Origin: Bacteroidota bacterium
GTDB lineage: Bacteria; Bacteroidota; Bacteroidia; JADZBD01
Direction: 5' to 3'
Length of the DNA: 64,000 nt
Assembly: GCA_040756415.1 (NCBI GenBank)
Contig: JBFLYZ010000015.1
Location: 87 to 64,086 of the forward strand
Shown: positions 16,126-26,400 of the stretch, in pieces
Layout of the letters: each line of letters opens with the position of its first letter
How positions within the stretch are numbered: the stretch's first letter is position 1
Position numbers and translations under genes: made by a program
Notes under the pieces: generated by a model
The model's input: only the letters and a program-made list of their open reading frames with translations
Database searches by the model: none
What the model was told of the DNA's origin: nothing

Positions 16126-16483
16126 AGGAGGGCTGCCGGATTGAATCCTTGAGCTTGCTGATCATTTTTTGAATTTTAGTCACCTTCTCTATCAGGTTTT
16201 TTAACTCTTCTTTTGAAATGTAGTTTAATTCATTCGCTAAAATAAGCTGCGTTTCAATTTCGAACGCGGAACCAAGTGATACATTAAGGAACTGACAAAA
16301 CTGTTTTTGTGAATCACGCGAACACCCCTCAGCAATATTACTTGGAATAGAAACAGCAGCCCGGTTCAATTGGGCTACCAATCCATACTTTTCCTCAACA
16401 GGAAATTTTTTCGTCAACACAAAGATCTCCTTGGCCAAACTCATCGACTCCTGCCAGATTTTTAACTCCTTAAAATTATGCAT
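16124..16483 (-). CDS. Four-helix bundle protein (23S rRNA IVS protein family)
   Basis: FKELKIWQ, FPVEEKYGL..QLNRAAVSIPSNIAEG, GSAFEIETQL; AT-rich. Confidence 0.95.
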   Translation of the reverse strand: MHNFKELKIWQESMSLAKEIFVLTKKFPVEEKYGLVAQLNRAAVSIPSNIAEGCSRDSQKQFCQFLNVSLGSAFEIETQLILANELNYISKEELKNLIEKVTKIQKMISKLKDSIRQPS

Positions 16484-16492
16484 ACCCTATAT

Positions 16493-16509
16493 CTTGATAC
16501 TTGATACCC
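16493..16509 (-). repeat. Two inverted copies of the heptamer upstream of the four-helix bundle gene
   Basis: CTTGATACTTGATACCC is the reverse complement of GGGTATCAAGTATCAAG, the same family as the 16007-16125 array. Confidence 0.75.
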
Positions 16510-16553
16510 TTTTATTGTTTACATAAATATTTTCGTTACCCGTTATGTTGTTT

Positions 16554-17732
16554 TCAATTCAGCAGCTCGAATACCCCTGCTGCTCCCTGCCCCGTTCCCA
16601 CGCACATGGTGACCATTCCGTATTTTTTCTTCCTGCGCCTCAGTTCATTAAAGATCTGCACACTCAGTTTCGCTCCCGAACAACCCAGGGGATGTCCAAG
16701 TGAGATGGCACCACCATTCACGTTGACTATTTCAGGATTCAGCTTCAATTCATTGATCACAGCCAGGCTTTGTGAAGCAAAAGCTTCGTTCAGTTCGATC
16801 AGGTCGACCTGGTCCTGTTTCATGCCGGCCATCTTCAGGGCTTTGGGAATGGCCGCCACCGGCCCTATGCCCATGATGCGGGGTGGAACCCCTGCCGCGG
16901 CATAGCTGACCAGCCGCGCGATGGGCTTGAGGTTGTTTTCCTTCATGAACTTTTCGCTCACCACCATCACGAAGGCGGCCCCATCGCTGGTCTGGGAGGA
17001 GTTGCCGGCCGTTACCACGCCATCCTGCGCGAATACCGGTTTGAGTTTGCCCAGGGCCTCCATATTGGTGTCCGCTCGCGGACCTTCATCGGTATCTACG
17101 GTAAACTCGCGGGTTTGCTTTTTTTCATTTTCATCCAAATAGTTCTCAGTCACCTTTACCGGAACGATCTCCTCTTTGAATTTTCCTTCTTTGATGGCCG
17201 CGATGGCTTTCATGTGCGAGTTGAGGGCAAACTTATCCTGGTCTTCTCTCGAAACCTTGTACTCTTTTGCCACCGCTTCGGCCGTAAGTCCCATGCCCCA
17301 GTAATAATCGGGGTGCACTTTGGCTACCTCGTAGTTGGGCACTATGCGCCATCCGCCCATGGGAATAAGGCTCATGCTTTCGGCACCGCCCGCAATGATG
17401 CAATCGGCCAGGCCGGTGCTGATCTTGGAAGAGGCGATGGCGATGGTCTCCAGCCCGCTGGCGCAGTAGCGGTTCACCGTCATGCCGGGTACTTTATCTG
17501 TGTTGAGAGCCAGGAGCGAGATCAGCCGGCCCATGTTCAGTCCTTGCTCGGCCTCGGGCATGGCATTGCCTACAATCACATCGTCCACCTGCTCGGGGTT
17601 CACGCTGGGAACGCTCCTCATCAGGTGTTTGATCACTTCGGCTGCGAGGTCATCGGTGCGGGTAAAGCGGAAACCTCCGCGGTTGGCTTTTCCAACGGCT
17701 GAGCGGAAGCCGGCTACTATGTATGCATTCAT
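16554..17732 (-). CDS. fadA: Acetyl-CoA C-acyltransferase (thiolase)
   Basis: [26 protein letters not shown]. Confidence 0.96.
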   Translation of the reverse strand: MNAYIVAGFRSAVGKANRGGFRFTRTDDLAAEVIKHLMRSVPSVNPEQVDDVIVGNAMPEAEQGLNMGRLISLLALNTDKVPGMTVNRYCASGLETIAIASSKISTGLADCIIAGGAESMSLIPMGGWRIVPNYEVAKVHPDYYWGMGLTAEAVAKEYKVSREDQDKFALNSHMKAIAAIKEGKFKEEIVPVKVTENYLDENEKKQTREFTVDTDEGPRADTNMEALGKLKPVFAQDGVVTAGNSSQTSDGAAFVMVVSEKFMKENNLKPIARLVSYAAAGVPPRIMGIGPVAAIPKALKMAGMKQDQVDLIELNEAFASQSLAVINELKLNPEIVNVNGGAISLGHPLGCSGAKLSVQIFNELRRRKKKYGMVTMCVGTGQGAAGVFELLN

Positions 17733-17767
17733 TTGGAACTTGGATGTTAGAAGTTGGATATTGGATT
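17733..17767 (+). repeat. Degenerate heptamer array TTRGAnn x5
   Basis: TTGGAAC TTGGATG TTAGAAG TTGGATA TTGGATT abutting the thiolase start codon. Confidence 0.7.
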
Positions 17768-17810
17768 GGGTTAGGACTTATGGCAAAGTTACGAAATTCC
17801 GGGTGGGAGT

Positions 17811-17872
17811 GGGTATCGGGTATCAAGTATCAGGACTTAGGCATCAAGTATAAGGAGTCAGGACTCAGGATC
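17811..17872 (+). repeat. Degenerate heptamer array, RRGTATC family (~8-9 units)
   Basis: GGGTATC GGGTATC AAGTATC AGGACTT AGGCATC AAGTATA AGGAGTC AGGACTC; overlaps the stop of 17858-18235. Confidence 0.8.
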
Positions 17873-18235
17873 AGGTGGATCGTCCTTTTTGCCGGATTCC
17901 TTCAGCTCCATGCCCTGGATATCATCTCTCAGCTTTTTTGCCTTGGCCAGCAGCATGAGCATTTGCTGCTCGGGGTCCATGCCTTTGGGGAAGCTAGCCT
18001 TATCCTCTTCGGTCATTTTCTCATAGGCCGATCTCAGGTTAGCGAGCATTTTATCGCTCAGCGCTTTCAGGTACTCGGCCATGAGCTCGGGGGTGATCTC
18101 TTTTTTGGAGAGCAGGCTCATCTCCGCCTTTTCATCGCAGTAGCGGCATACAGGGGTGTCCCGTTCCGTATAACCGGATTCTTGTCCGCAAGCGGAGCAG
18201 CGGTAGAGGAGGAGGTAGCGGGGTTTGGGGTTCAT
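17858..18235 (-). CDS. Hypothetical protein with N-terminal zinc ribbon
   Basis: CSAC...CRYC followed by a helical region. Confidence 0.7.
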   Translation of the reverse strand: MNPKPRYLLLYRCSACGQESGYTERDTPVCRYCDEKAEMSLLSKKEITPELMAEYLKALSDKMLANLRSAYEKMTEEDKASFPKGMDPEQQMLMLLAKAKKLRDDIQGMELKESGKKDDPPDPES

Positions 18236-18303
18236 TGCTTAACAAAGATAAGCACTCAGGACATAAAAACGCAATATGCGAACAGCGATAATTCAATTTA
18301 CCA

Positions 18304-18897
18304 CTATCTGAATTTTATCTTCATTATTTTCAGTTCGCTTTTGTCAATTACCCCGTTAAGGTTTTGGTCAATGAAAATGACGAAATAGAGGTTGTCTGTT
18401 CTTAATTCATGGAAGCTTACATTCTCTCCATCGTGGTTGAGGGCAAGGATCCTCCATTCGAGCTCGAGCACCCCGCCCGGATGGGTGGCCACCCGCGTTA
18501 CCCGTTTATCTTTTTCATTTTCATAGAACAGGTAATGATGGCCCGAGGCGGAAACAAAAGCCGTGTCGTAGCCTTTCCCTTTAATGCTGGCAAAGCCGGT
18601 GCCCATTTGAAAGTAAGGGATATCTTCCAGCTTTTGCCCCACTTTCGCAAAAGCAGTATCGGTAGCGTTGTCTAAAATGGCGACCTGTGCCGAGTAGAAT
18701 TTCCCTTTTTTGCTGTTATAGACCTTGCAGTAATACCGCAAAGCAAAAGGCTTTTTATCCAGCGTTATGGAATCAGGAAAGCCTGAAATGATACAGGTGC
18801 TATCGCCCTGGATGAATTTTATTGTGTTGAGGTTGTAATCAGGTGGCTGGGCAAAGGCGAAGAGAGGAAGGAACGTTAGGAGGAGGAGTTGTTTCAT
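18304..18897 (-). CDS. Hypothetical secreted protein
   Basis: Signal peptide MKQLLLLTFLPLFAFA-Q; AT-rich. Confidence 0.75.
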   Translation of the reverse strand: MKQLLLLTFLPLFAFAQPPDYNLNTIKFIQGDSTCIISGFPDSITLDKKPFALRYYCKVYNSKKGKFYSAQVAILDNATDTAFAKVGQKLEDIPYFQMGTGFASIKGKGYDTAFVSASGHHYLFYENEKDKRVTRVATHPGGVLELEWRILALNHDGENVSFHELRTDNLYFVIFIDQNLNGVIDKSELKIMKIKFR

Positions 18898-18932
18898 GGA
18901 TAGATTCAATTTTTATAATTTAAAATTAGAAC

Positions 18933-19583
18933 TTAAGCTTCGTTGACAAAATCCACAAGATCCAGCTTGATCAGTTCCCAGTGTTTGTTTCGCAGGCAGA
19001 TCGGATCAAAATCGTCTTCTGCTGATGAAAAATCAACCAGTTTTTCCTTTACCTGGTCTCTATCATGAGTGTATTCATACCGCCTGTGATGCAGATCCAG
19101 CATAGTTGCCAGCGAGTAATTCTCCATTAGTTCATGAATATCCCAAAAGTCTTTTTTGCGGCCGCCTCCGGAGATCACTTGGAGCTTCATGGCAATAATA
19201 TCTCCTGCGTCAGCCATTCGGATACCATCTTCTTCCACAGATGGCAAAATGAATGGCTCTGTATAAAAGAGGTCAAGTTTAATGGAATTGTCTTCGCTTT
19301 CTCCAACAACATATGCTCTTCCCAAACCAACTTCCTGGTAGTCGCTTGTGTTCACGTAAGGAAAAACAGATCGCAAGAAATTGTCTATCGCATCAGAGTC
19401 GACTGAACCATAATCAGAGCCTGTAAAAAGGTCAATGTCTACGGACATACGATGGCCTCGCTGTAAACTGAGGGCAGTGCCACCCACTAATCTGAAATCT
19501 TTGAATAGTTCAGACTCCATCAGGGTTTCAAGTGAAGATCGTAATAGAGGACTTACCGTTCCGTAGTGCAATTTCTTACTCAT
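18933..19583 (-). CDS. Nucleotidyltransferase, AbiEii/AbiGii toxin family
   Basis: FRLVGGTALSLQRGHRMSVDIDLF; AMKL...GRKKDFWDI. Confidence 0.9.
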   Translation of the reverse strand: MSKKLHYGTVSPLLRSSLETLMESELFKDFRLVGGTALSLQRGHRMSVDIDLFTGSDYGSVDSDAIDNFLRSVFPYVNTSDYQEVGLGRAYVVGESEDNSIKLDLFYTEPFILPSVEEDGIRMADAGDIIAMKLQVISGGGRKKDFWDIHELMENYSLATMLDLHHRRYEYTHDRDQVKEKLVDFSSAEDDFDPICLRNKHWELIKLDLVDFVNEA

Positions 19584-20037
19584 GCTTTTTCAGGAAGTAA
19601 TCGATGGTTTCCTGACCGTAAAAACGGGTGATCTCATTCTTTTCCGTCTCATTTCCCCGTTCAAAGACACGCTTGATAACTGCCCTTTTTTGTTTTTCCC
19701 AATCGATCTTTTCTATATGCGTATCCCAAAATAGTATCCGCCTTAATTTGGAAAGATCAGGACGCGCTGAATGCTTACGTTTGATCTGGGCAATATCATA
19801 GAACACCTGCAGTTGCATTAAGAAACCCTCTTCCATTCCCAGCGCTTTTTCTATTTTAAGCGCCAGCGCTGTATTCATTCTGCGTTTGCCTTTTGTAATA
19901 GTAGCCAGTGTTTGAGGAAATTCACCAAGGGATATGGCAAAGCGACCTTTCGCTATCTTTTTTTTCTTCAACTCTCTTTCCACCAGCAATCCCGGGTGTA
20001 TGCCTTTTATGTATGACAATTGTAATTTCATATACAA
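19576..20037 (-). CDS. HigA-like XRE HTH fused to DUF6922-like domain; putative antitoxin/regulator
   Basis: IHPG..., KGKRRMNTALALKIEKALG, LFWDT..IDWEKQKRAVIKRVFERG; overlaps the toxin start by 8 bp. Confidence 0.85.
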   Translation of the reverse strand: MYMKLQLSYIKGIHPGLLVERELKKKKIAKGRFAISLGEFPQTLATITKGKRRMNTALALKIEKALGMEEGFLMQLQVFYDIAQIKRKHSARPDLSKLRRILFWDTHIEKIDWEKQKRAVIKRVFERGNETEKNEITRFYGQETIDYFLKKHE

Positions 20038-20209
20038 ATATAAGCAAAATTGTTTACAAATTTTAGCTTATTAATGATTTGCATATATACATTTGACAAT
20101 CAATATTATATAATAGAATGCTTTGTGTCCTTTCTAAAGTCTTGCGTTCACCACAAAGACTCAAGAAAGCTTCTCTTTCAAGATCTAATAGATACTGCTC
20201 ACCGCCTCC

Positions 20210-22648
20210 CTAATTCCTCAGTACTTTACCTCCGGTCAAGATGCTCTGTATCCTTTCAAGGGTTTTTTTCTCCCCGCATAGGCTCAAAAACGCTTCTCTC
20301 TCTAAGTCAAGCAAATATTGCTCGCTTACTAATGTAGGAGCAGAGAGTTCCCCACCACACAACACATGCGCCAGCTTCTGCGAGATCTTGACATCATGCT
20401 CGGAGATGTAGTTGCCGCTGAGCATGCTATTGGCCCCTAAATAGGCCAGGCCCAGGGCCTGCTTGCCCAATACGCGTATATCTTTCCGGGGCGCGGGCTT
20501 TACATAACCTTCTTTGGCAATTTCCAGGCATTCAGCTTTTGCTTCGGCTAAAAGGCGGGCGCGGGAAACCACCACCAGGTCGCGGCCCTTGCGCAGGTAA
20601 CCCAGGTCAAAGGCCTCGTGGGCGCTGGTGCTGACCTTGGCCTGACCTATAGTAAGGAAGCGATCTCGGAAGTTGTTCAGCTCCACATCGCCCTCCTGCA
20701 GCTCATCGCTCAGGCGCAGGGCAAATTCTTTGGTGCCACCGCCACCGGGAATAAGGCCTACGCCAAATTCAACCAGTCCCATATAAGTTTCGGCATGGGC
20801 CACTACCTTATCCGAGTGCATGCTCATCTCGCAGGCGCCTCCCAAAGCCATGTTGTGTGGCGCCACCACCACGGGTATGGCCGAATAACGCACGCGCATC
20901 ATGGTGCTCTGGAAAAGCTTGATGGCAAAGTTGAGCTCGTCCCATTCCTGCTCCACGGCAAACATGAAGATCATGCCCACGTTGGCGCCCGCGCTGAAGT
21001 GCGCCCCTTCGTTGGAGATCACCAGTCCCTGGAAATCCTTTTCGGCCAGCTCTATGGCCTTGTTGATGCCTTCTATCACTTCGCCACCTATTGAATTCAT
21101 TTTAGTGTTCCACTCCAGGTTGAGTATGCCATCGCCAATATCGGTTACCGTGGCCCCGCTGTTCTTCCACACCGTTTTGGTGGGGCGGATCACATCGAGC
21201 ATAATGTACTCTTCGGTGCCGGGTATGGCCTTATAGCTCTTGCTGGGTATATCGTAGTATTTCTTAACCCCGTTCTCTACCTTATAAAAGCTGGTGTTGC
21301 CGGCCTTGAGGAAATCATATACCCAGGCTGCGGGCTTTGCCGCCTGCCCGGAAGGAAGCGTGCCAATCTTTTCCATGGCTTCCACGCTTTCCTTTACGCC
21401 TATAGCATCCCAGTATTCAAAGGGACCCATATCCCAGGCAAAGCCGGCTTTTAAGGCATCGTCTATTCTATAGAGCTCATCGGAGATCTCGGGAATGCGG
21501 TTGCTCACGTAAGCGAAAAGACCGAAGAAGGAGGCGCGGTAAAAATCGCCCGCCTTGTCCTTGCCCGCAATAAGCACTTTGAGCCGGTCCTTTAAATTCT
21601 CGATGGACTTGGTCTGCTCGAGCGTAGCGAACTTCACCTTCTGCGATGGCTTATACTCGAGCGTTTTCAGGTCGAGCGCCATAATTTCAGACTTGCCTTC
21701 CTTGTTCTTTATCTTCTTGTAAAAGCCCTGCCCGGTCTTATCGCCCAGCCACTTGTTGTCGTTCATGGTCTTGACGTACGAGGCCAGCTTGAAGAAATCT
21801 TTCGCTTCATCGTTGGGCACGCCCTGGGCCAGCCCGTTGGCCACGTGCACCAGGGTATCGAGGCCCACCACATCGCAGGTGCGGAAGGTGGCGCTCTTGG
21901 GGCGGCCGACCACGGGGCCGGTGAGCTTATCCACTTCCTCTACGGTCAATCCCATCTTATCCACCAGGTGGAAGAGGCTCATAATGCCGAACACGCCAAT
22001 GCGGTTGGCGATGAAGGCAGGGGTATCCTTGCAGAGCACGGTGGTCTTGCCCAGGTACAGGTCACCGTAATGCATCAGGAAGTCGATGACAGCTTTATCC
22101 GTTTTGGGCGTGGGAATGACCTCGAGCAATTTCAGGTAGCGCGGTGGATTGAAGAAGTGTGTTCCGCAAAAATGTTTTTGAAAATCCTCGCTGCGCCCTT
22201 CCAGCATCATGTGAATAGGGATACCAGAGGTATTCGTAGTGATCAGCGTTCCGGGTCTGCGGTGCTTTTCTACGTTCTCGAAGACCTGCTTTTTAATGTC
22301 CAGCCGCTCCACCACCACTTCTATCACCCAATCGCAGGAAGATATCTTCTGCATATCGTCTTCGAAATTGCCGGTGCTGATCCTGCTGGCAAAAGATTTT
22401 TTATAGATAGGGGAGGGGTTGGACTTGAGCGCGAAGGCCAGGGCATCGTTGACTATTTTATTTCTCGCTGCGCGCGCAGTCTTCACTTCGGCTCCGCTCA
22501 GCGTGACGGCTGGTGCTGCCGGAGCGTCTTTGGGTACGATATCCAGCAGCAGCACTTCTACTCCGATGTTTGCAAAATGGCAGGCGATGCGAGAGCCCAT
22601 CACTCCCGAACCGAGGACGGCTACTTTATTGATGATACGTTTTGACAT
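20210..22648 (-). CDS. fadN: 3-hydroxyacyl-CoA dehydrogenase / enoyl-CoA hydratase (FadN/FadB-like)
   Basis: VLGSGVMG, NTSGIP, HFFNPPRY, FSAGAN, ALGGACE, GLVEFGVGLIPGGGG. Confidence 0.93.
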   Translation of the reverse strand: MSKRIINKVAVLGSGVMGSRIACHFANIGVEVLLLDIVPKDAPAAPAVTLSGAEVKTARAARNKIVNDALAFALKSNPSPIYKKSFASRISTGNFEDDMQKISSCDWVIEVVVERLDIKKQVFENVEKHRRPGTLITTNTSGIPIHMMLEGRSEDFQKHFCGTHFFNPPRYLKLLEVIPTPKTDKAVIDFLMHYGDLYLGKTTVLCKDTPAFIANRIGVFGIMSLFHLVDKMGLTVEEVDKLTGPVVGRPKSATFRTCDVVGLDTLVHVANGLAQGVPNDEAKDFFKLASYVKTMNDNKWLGDKTGQGFYKKIKNKEGKSEIMALDLKTLEYKPSQKVKFATLEQTKSIENLKDRLKVLIAGKDKAGDFYRASFFGLFAYVSNRIPEISDELYRIDDALKAGFAWDMGPFEYWDAIGVKESVEAMEKIGTLPSGQAAKPAAWVYDFLKAGNTSFYKVENGVKKYYDIPSKSYKAIPGTEEYIMLDVIRPTKTVWKNSGATVTDIGDGILNLEWNTKMNSIGGEVIEGINKAIELAEKDFQGLVISNEGAHFSAGANVGMIFMFAVEQEWDELNFAIKLFQSTMMRVRYSAIPVVVAPHNMALGGACEMSMHSDKVVAHAETYMGLVEFGVGLIPGGGGTKEFALRLSDELQEGDVELNNFRDRFLTIGQAKVSTSAHEAFDLGYLRKGRDLVVVSRARLLAEAKAECLEIAKEGYVKPAPRKDIRVLGKQALGLAYLGANSMLSGNYISEHDVKISQKLAHVLCGGELSAPTLVSEQYLLDLEREAFLSLCGEKKTLERIQSILTGGKVLRN

Positions 22649-22722
22649 AAGGATAGAATGAGGGAATAAAGGTACTCGGAAATTTGGAAAGTGGATGGGT
22701 GAGGGGCGAGATGATTAACGAG

Positions 22723-22830
22723 GCACCCCTCCTTGTCCCCGCCCCTAAGACAGGGGGAGATCTCATACACTCACCCATGCCAATTAGATGGTTCCCTCCC
22801 CTGTACTAGGGGAGGGACAGGGTGGGGTGC
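22723..22830. repeat. Inverted pair of ~38-bp REP-like palindromic units
   Basis: GCACCCCTCCTTGTCCCCGCCCCTAAGACAGGGGGAGA (22723-22760) and an inverted copy at 22792-22830; each has an internal CCCCT..AGGGG hairpin. Confidence 0.85.
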
Positions 22831-22854
22831 AATTGGGTTTCGTATTTTTGATGC

Positions 22855-23211
22855 ATGTACGAACGGCAGATAAACAATATAAAATCAGTAAAAGAATTTC
22901 GTAGAAAGCTTCGAAGAAGAATGACCTTATCTGAGCGTACTATATGGAAGTGTCTTAGAAATAAAGAGCTTGGCGCCAAATTCAGAAGTCAGTTCAGTGT
23001 TGGGCAGTACGTACTGGACTTTTATTGTCCTGTGAAGAAGCTTGCAATCGAAATCGATGGGGAGATACATAACGATCCTGAGATGATAAAAAGAGATAAG
23101 AAACGAACAGGTTTTCTCAATAAGCATGGAATAAAGGTTTTGCGTTTTAGCAATGATATGGTGCTATCCGATATAGGTAAGGTATTGGAGGAGATAAAAA
23201 GGGAATTGTGA
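22855..23211 (+). CDS. DUF559 / Vsr-like endonuclease domain protein
   Basis: LRRRMTLSE..W..LR, KFRSQ, YVLDFYC, IEIDGEIH, D..R..FL...GIKVLRFSN; AT-rich. Confidence 0.92.
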   Translation: MYERQINNIKSVKEFRRKLRRRMTLSERTIWKCLRNKELGAKFRSQFSVGQYVLDFYCPVKKLAIEIDGEIHNDPEMIKRDKKRTGFLNKHGIKVLRFSNDMVLSDIGKVLEEIKREL

Positions 23212-23251
23212 CACCCCCTCTTGTCTTCTCCCCCTAGAACAGGGGGAGAGG
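23211..23251. repeat. Third REP-like unit, directly at the DUF559 stop codon
   Basis: ACACCCCCTCTTGTCTTCTCCCCCTAGAACAGGGGGAGAGG, inverted relative to 22792-22830. Confidence 0.85.
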
Positions 23252-23436
23252 TCGCACAAGCCAGCACCCCTTCGACCAATTAGCCTCTTTTTTAGACGAA
23301 TGCCAGGACCTGGGGTATTGGCTGCCGGGGTGAGGAATCCCCAAACCCTTCATATACAACTTATTATATTTTTTTCTATCTTCGTTCCCCAAGCAACTAT
23401 TTCAGGCTTTTTGCTGTCTTATAAAAAGATAAAAAC

Positions 23437-26400
23437 ATGCCCATGAATACTTTCTCCTTACCCCGCATCATCTGCTTTACGATCAGCACCCTCCTTACCT
23501 TTGGGGCTGCCGCGCAATCCAATGGCTGGACAGCCAATCCTTTCGATCAGCGCGTGTTCGTGGAGAACAAGGGACAGTTCGACAAGAGCATCAACGAGCC
23601 TACGCCTGTTCTGTTTGGCGCCAACAGCGTGGGAACGCATGCTTACTTTACCGCCAACAGCGTATGGTACCGCCACGATGTGGTGGTGGACATGACACCC
23701 CTTGAAAAGGCCGAGGTGCGCAAGGTGCAGCCCAACATCGAGGAGGAGCGCCTGAACAAATCCGTTCCGCTGTATATGAAGATGGAATGGGTGGGCGCCA
23801 ATCCCAACTGCAAGGTAGAAACCTCGGGGCTGGTACATAACTATTTCACCTACCCGAAAGACGGCAGCGTGAATACGCAGACCATCATCGCGCAGGCCTA
23901 TAAAAAGATCACGTACAAGAACCTTTACCCGAACATCGATGTGGAATACATCATGCCCACCGATAAGTACGGCTATAAGTATTCCATCATCCTTCACCCG
24001 GGCGCTGACCTGACAAAGGTGAAAATGAAGTATTCGTATCACAACTCCATTGCCAAGGACAACCAGGGTAATATCGTGGTGCAGAGCGTGTTTGGCGAGT
24101 TCGTAGACCATGCTCCCTACACGTTCTATGACGAGAACAACGTGGTGATCCCTTCGTCCTTCGAGCTCAACGGCAACGTGGTTTCGTTCAAGCTGCAGAA
24201 CTACAACAGCAGCAAGACCGTGATCGTTGATCCCTGGACCACCAACCCCGCGTTCCCCACGTGGAACCGCGTATATGACGTGAACTACGACCAGTGGGGC
24301 AACGTGTATGCTTACGGAGGCAACTTCCCCTGGCAGTTGGCCAAGCTCAATAATGCCGGTGTGATCCAGTGGACCTATACCGCAGCGGCCATGTACAACA
24401 GCGGCTGCTCAACGGGCGCCTGCTATGGCGATTGCGCGGTGGATGAGATATCGGGCACCTGTTACCTCACCGAGGGCTTCGACTGGGCCGCGGGATCGCG
24501 CGTGTTCAAGGTGAACACCCTGGGCGTGCAGACTGCCGCTTCGGTGGGTAACCCTAACTTCAACGAGATATGGCGCGCGGAGTACAACCGCTGTATCAAC
24601 ACCATCATCGGTGTGGGCGGAGGCACCACCTGCTGCTTCCAGGCCATCCTCATCGACACGAACCTCACCAACATGAACCCGGTGAACGTGTACTCCACCA
24701 ACCAGACCAACCACGACCAGTACGGCCTGGCCATCGACCCCGTAGCCAACTTCTGCTACATGGCCGAGGCGTATTACGGCAACCCCACCAACGCCATGGT
24801 GAAGGTACCCATCCCGGCCCTGCTGCCGCAGACATGGAACACCACGAACGGCTTTAACTTCTTTGAGGTTGGCAGCGTTCCCTACGTGATGGGCGCTACC
24901 AGCAACACCAATGGCTTTAACGCGCTGGCCGCCAGCATCAACTGGCTGTATGCCTACAATGGAACCACGCTGAAAAAGTTCAACAAAATGACGGGCGCGC
25001 AACTGCTGCAGGTGGCTACGGGCGGCACCATGTACGCCACAGGCGGCACCACGGTTGACGTGTGCGACAACGTGTACGTAGGTGCGGGCAACGTGATCAA
25101 AGGCTATGATCCCAGCCTCACGCAGTTCACCACCATCAACTGCAACGGCACCATCTACGATGTGAAGATGGGCCCCAATAACGGTAAGATCTATGCCTGC
25201 GGTGACGGCTTTGTATCGGAGCTCACCGTACCGGTCAACACCACTACCATCAGCGCCAGCTCTTCGCCCAATACCAACTGTAGCAACTGTAACGGTTCAG
25301 CCACCGCAACGGTAACCATATGCAACCAAACGGTAAGCAACGTAGGTTACTCCTGGTCTCCGGGCGGGCAAACCACGCAAACCGCTACGGGCCTGTGTCC
25401 AGGCTTATATACCGTAACCATTTCTACCGGCTGTAACGTAACCTTCAGCGATACGGTAACCGTTGGATCCGCGGTGGGCGGTGGCTTTACGCTCAACACC
25501 ACTTCTACTGGCGCCAACTGTTCTGGCGGTAACGCTACGGCAACGGCAACGCCTGTGGGCGGCCAGGGTCCGTTTACGTATAGCTGGACCACCACCCCCG
25601 TACAAACCACGCAAACAGCCACCGGCCTGGGAGCAGGAACCTATACCTGCTTTGTGACCGATGCCCAGGGCTGCTCCAACTCGACAACCGTAACGGTGGT
25701 CAACTCGCCCCCGGTCAACCTGAGCCTGACGGGATCTACCAACCCGGCCTGCTTTAACGCCTGTACGGGTACGGCCACGGTCAACCCTACCGGAGGCACA
25801 GGACCGTTTAGCTTTTCATGGACTACCACACCCTCGCAAAACGGGGCTACGGCCACGGGCCTGTGCGCGGGCACCTATACCTGCTATGTAACCGATGCGG
25901 CAGGCTGTTCCGATACGGCTACGGTCACGCTCACGCAGCCTACCCAGGTAACAGTGAGCAGCACACCGGTAACCATTTGCAACGGGCAAAGCACCAACCT
26001 TACCGCCACCGTTGCCGGTGGTACCCCCGGTTATACGGTAAGCTGGAACCCGGGTGCGCTGACCGGAACAACCGTAAGCGTATCGCCTACTGTCACCACC
26101 ACCTATACCATTACGGTTACCGATGCCAACGGATGTACAACGGCTCCTGTTACGGTAACGGTAACTGTTGGCGGACCGCTTACGCTTACCGCTTCTAACC
26201 CGGTGGCCATCTGTGTGGGGTCCAGTACCACGCTCTCTGCGCTGGCGGGTGGCGGCAGCGGCACCTATACCTATGCGTGGGCCCCTGGCGGAAGCACCAC
26301 CTCGTCTATCACGGTCAATCCCACCACCACCACCACCTACACGGTAACGGTTAACGATAACTGCGGTACGCCCGCACAAACCGATACGGTGACCGTTACG

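Noticed and set aside
25340-26400. Thr-rich repeats in the large T9SS protein as a DNA repeat element
   Set aside because: Protein-level SprB/Ig-like repeats with diverged DNA; ordinary for this family.
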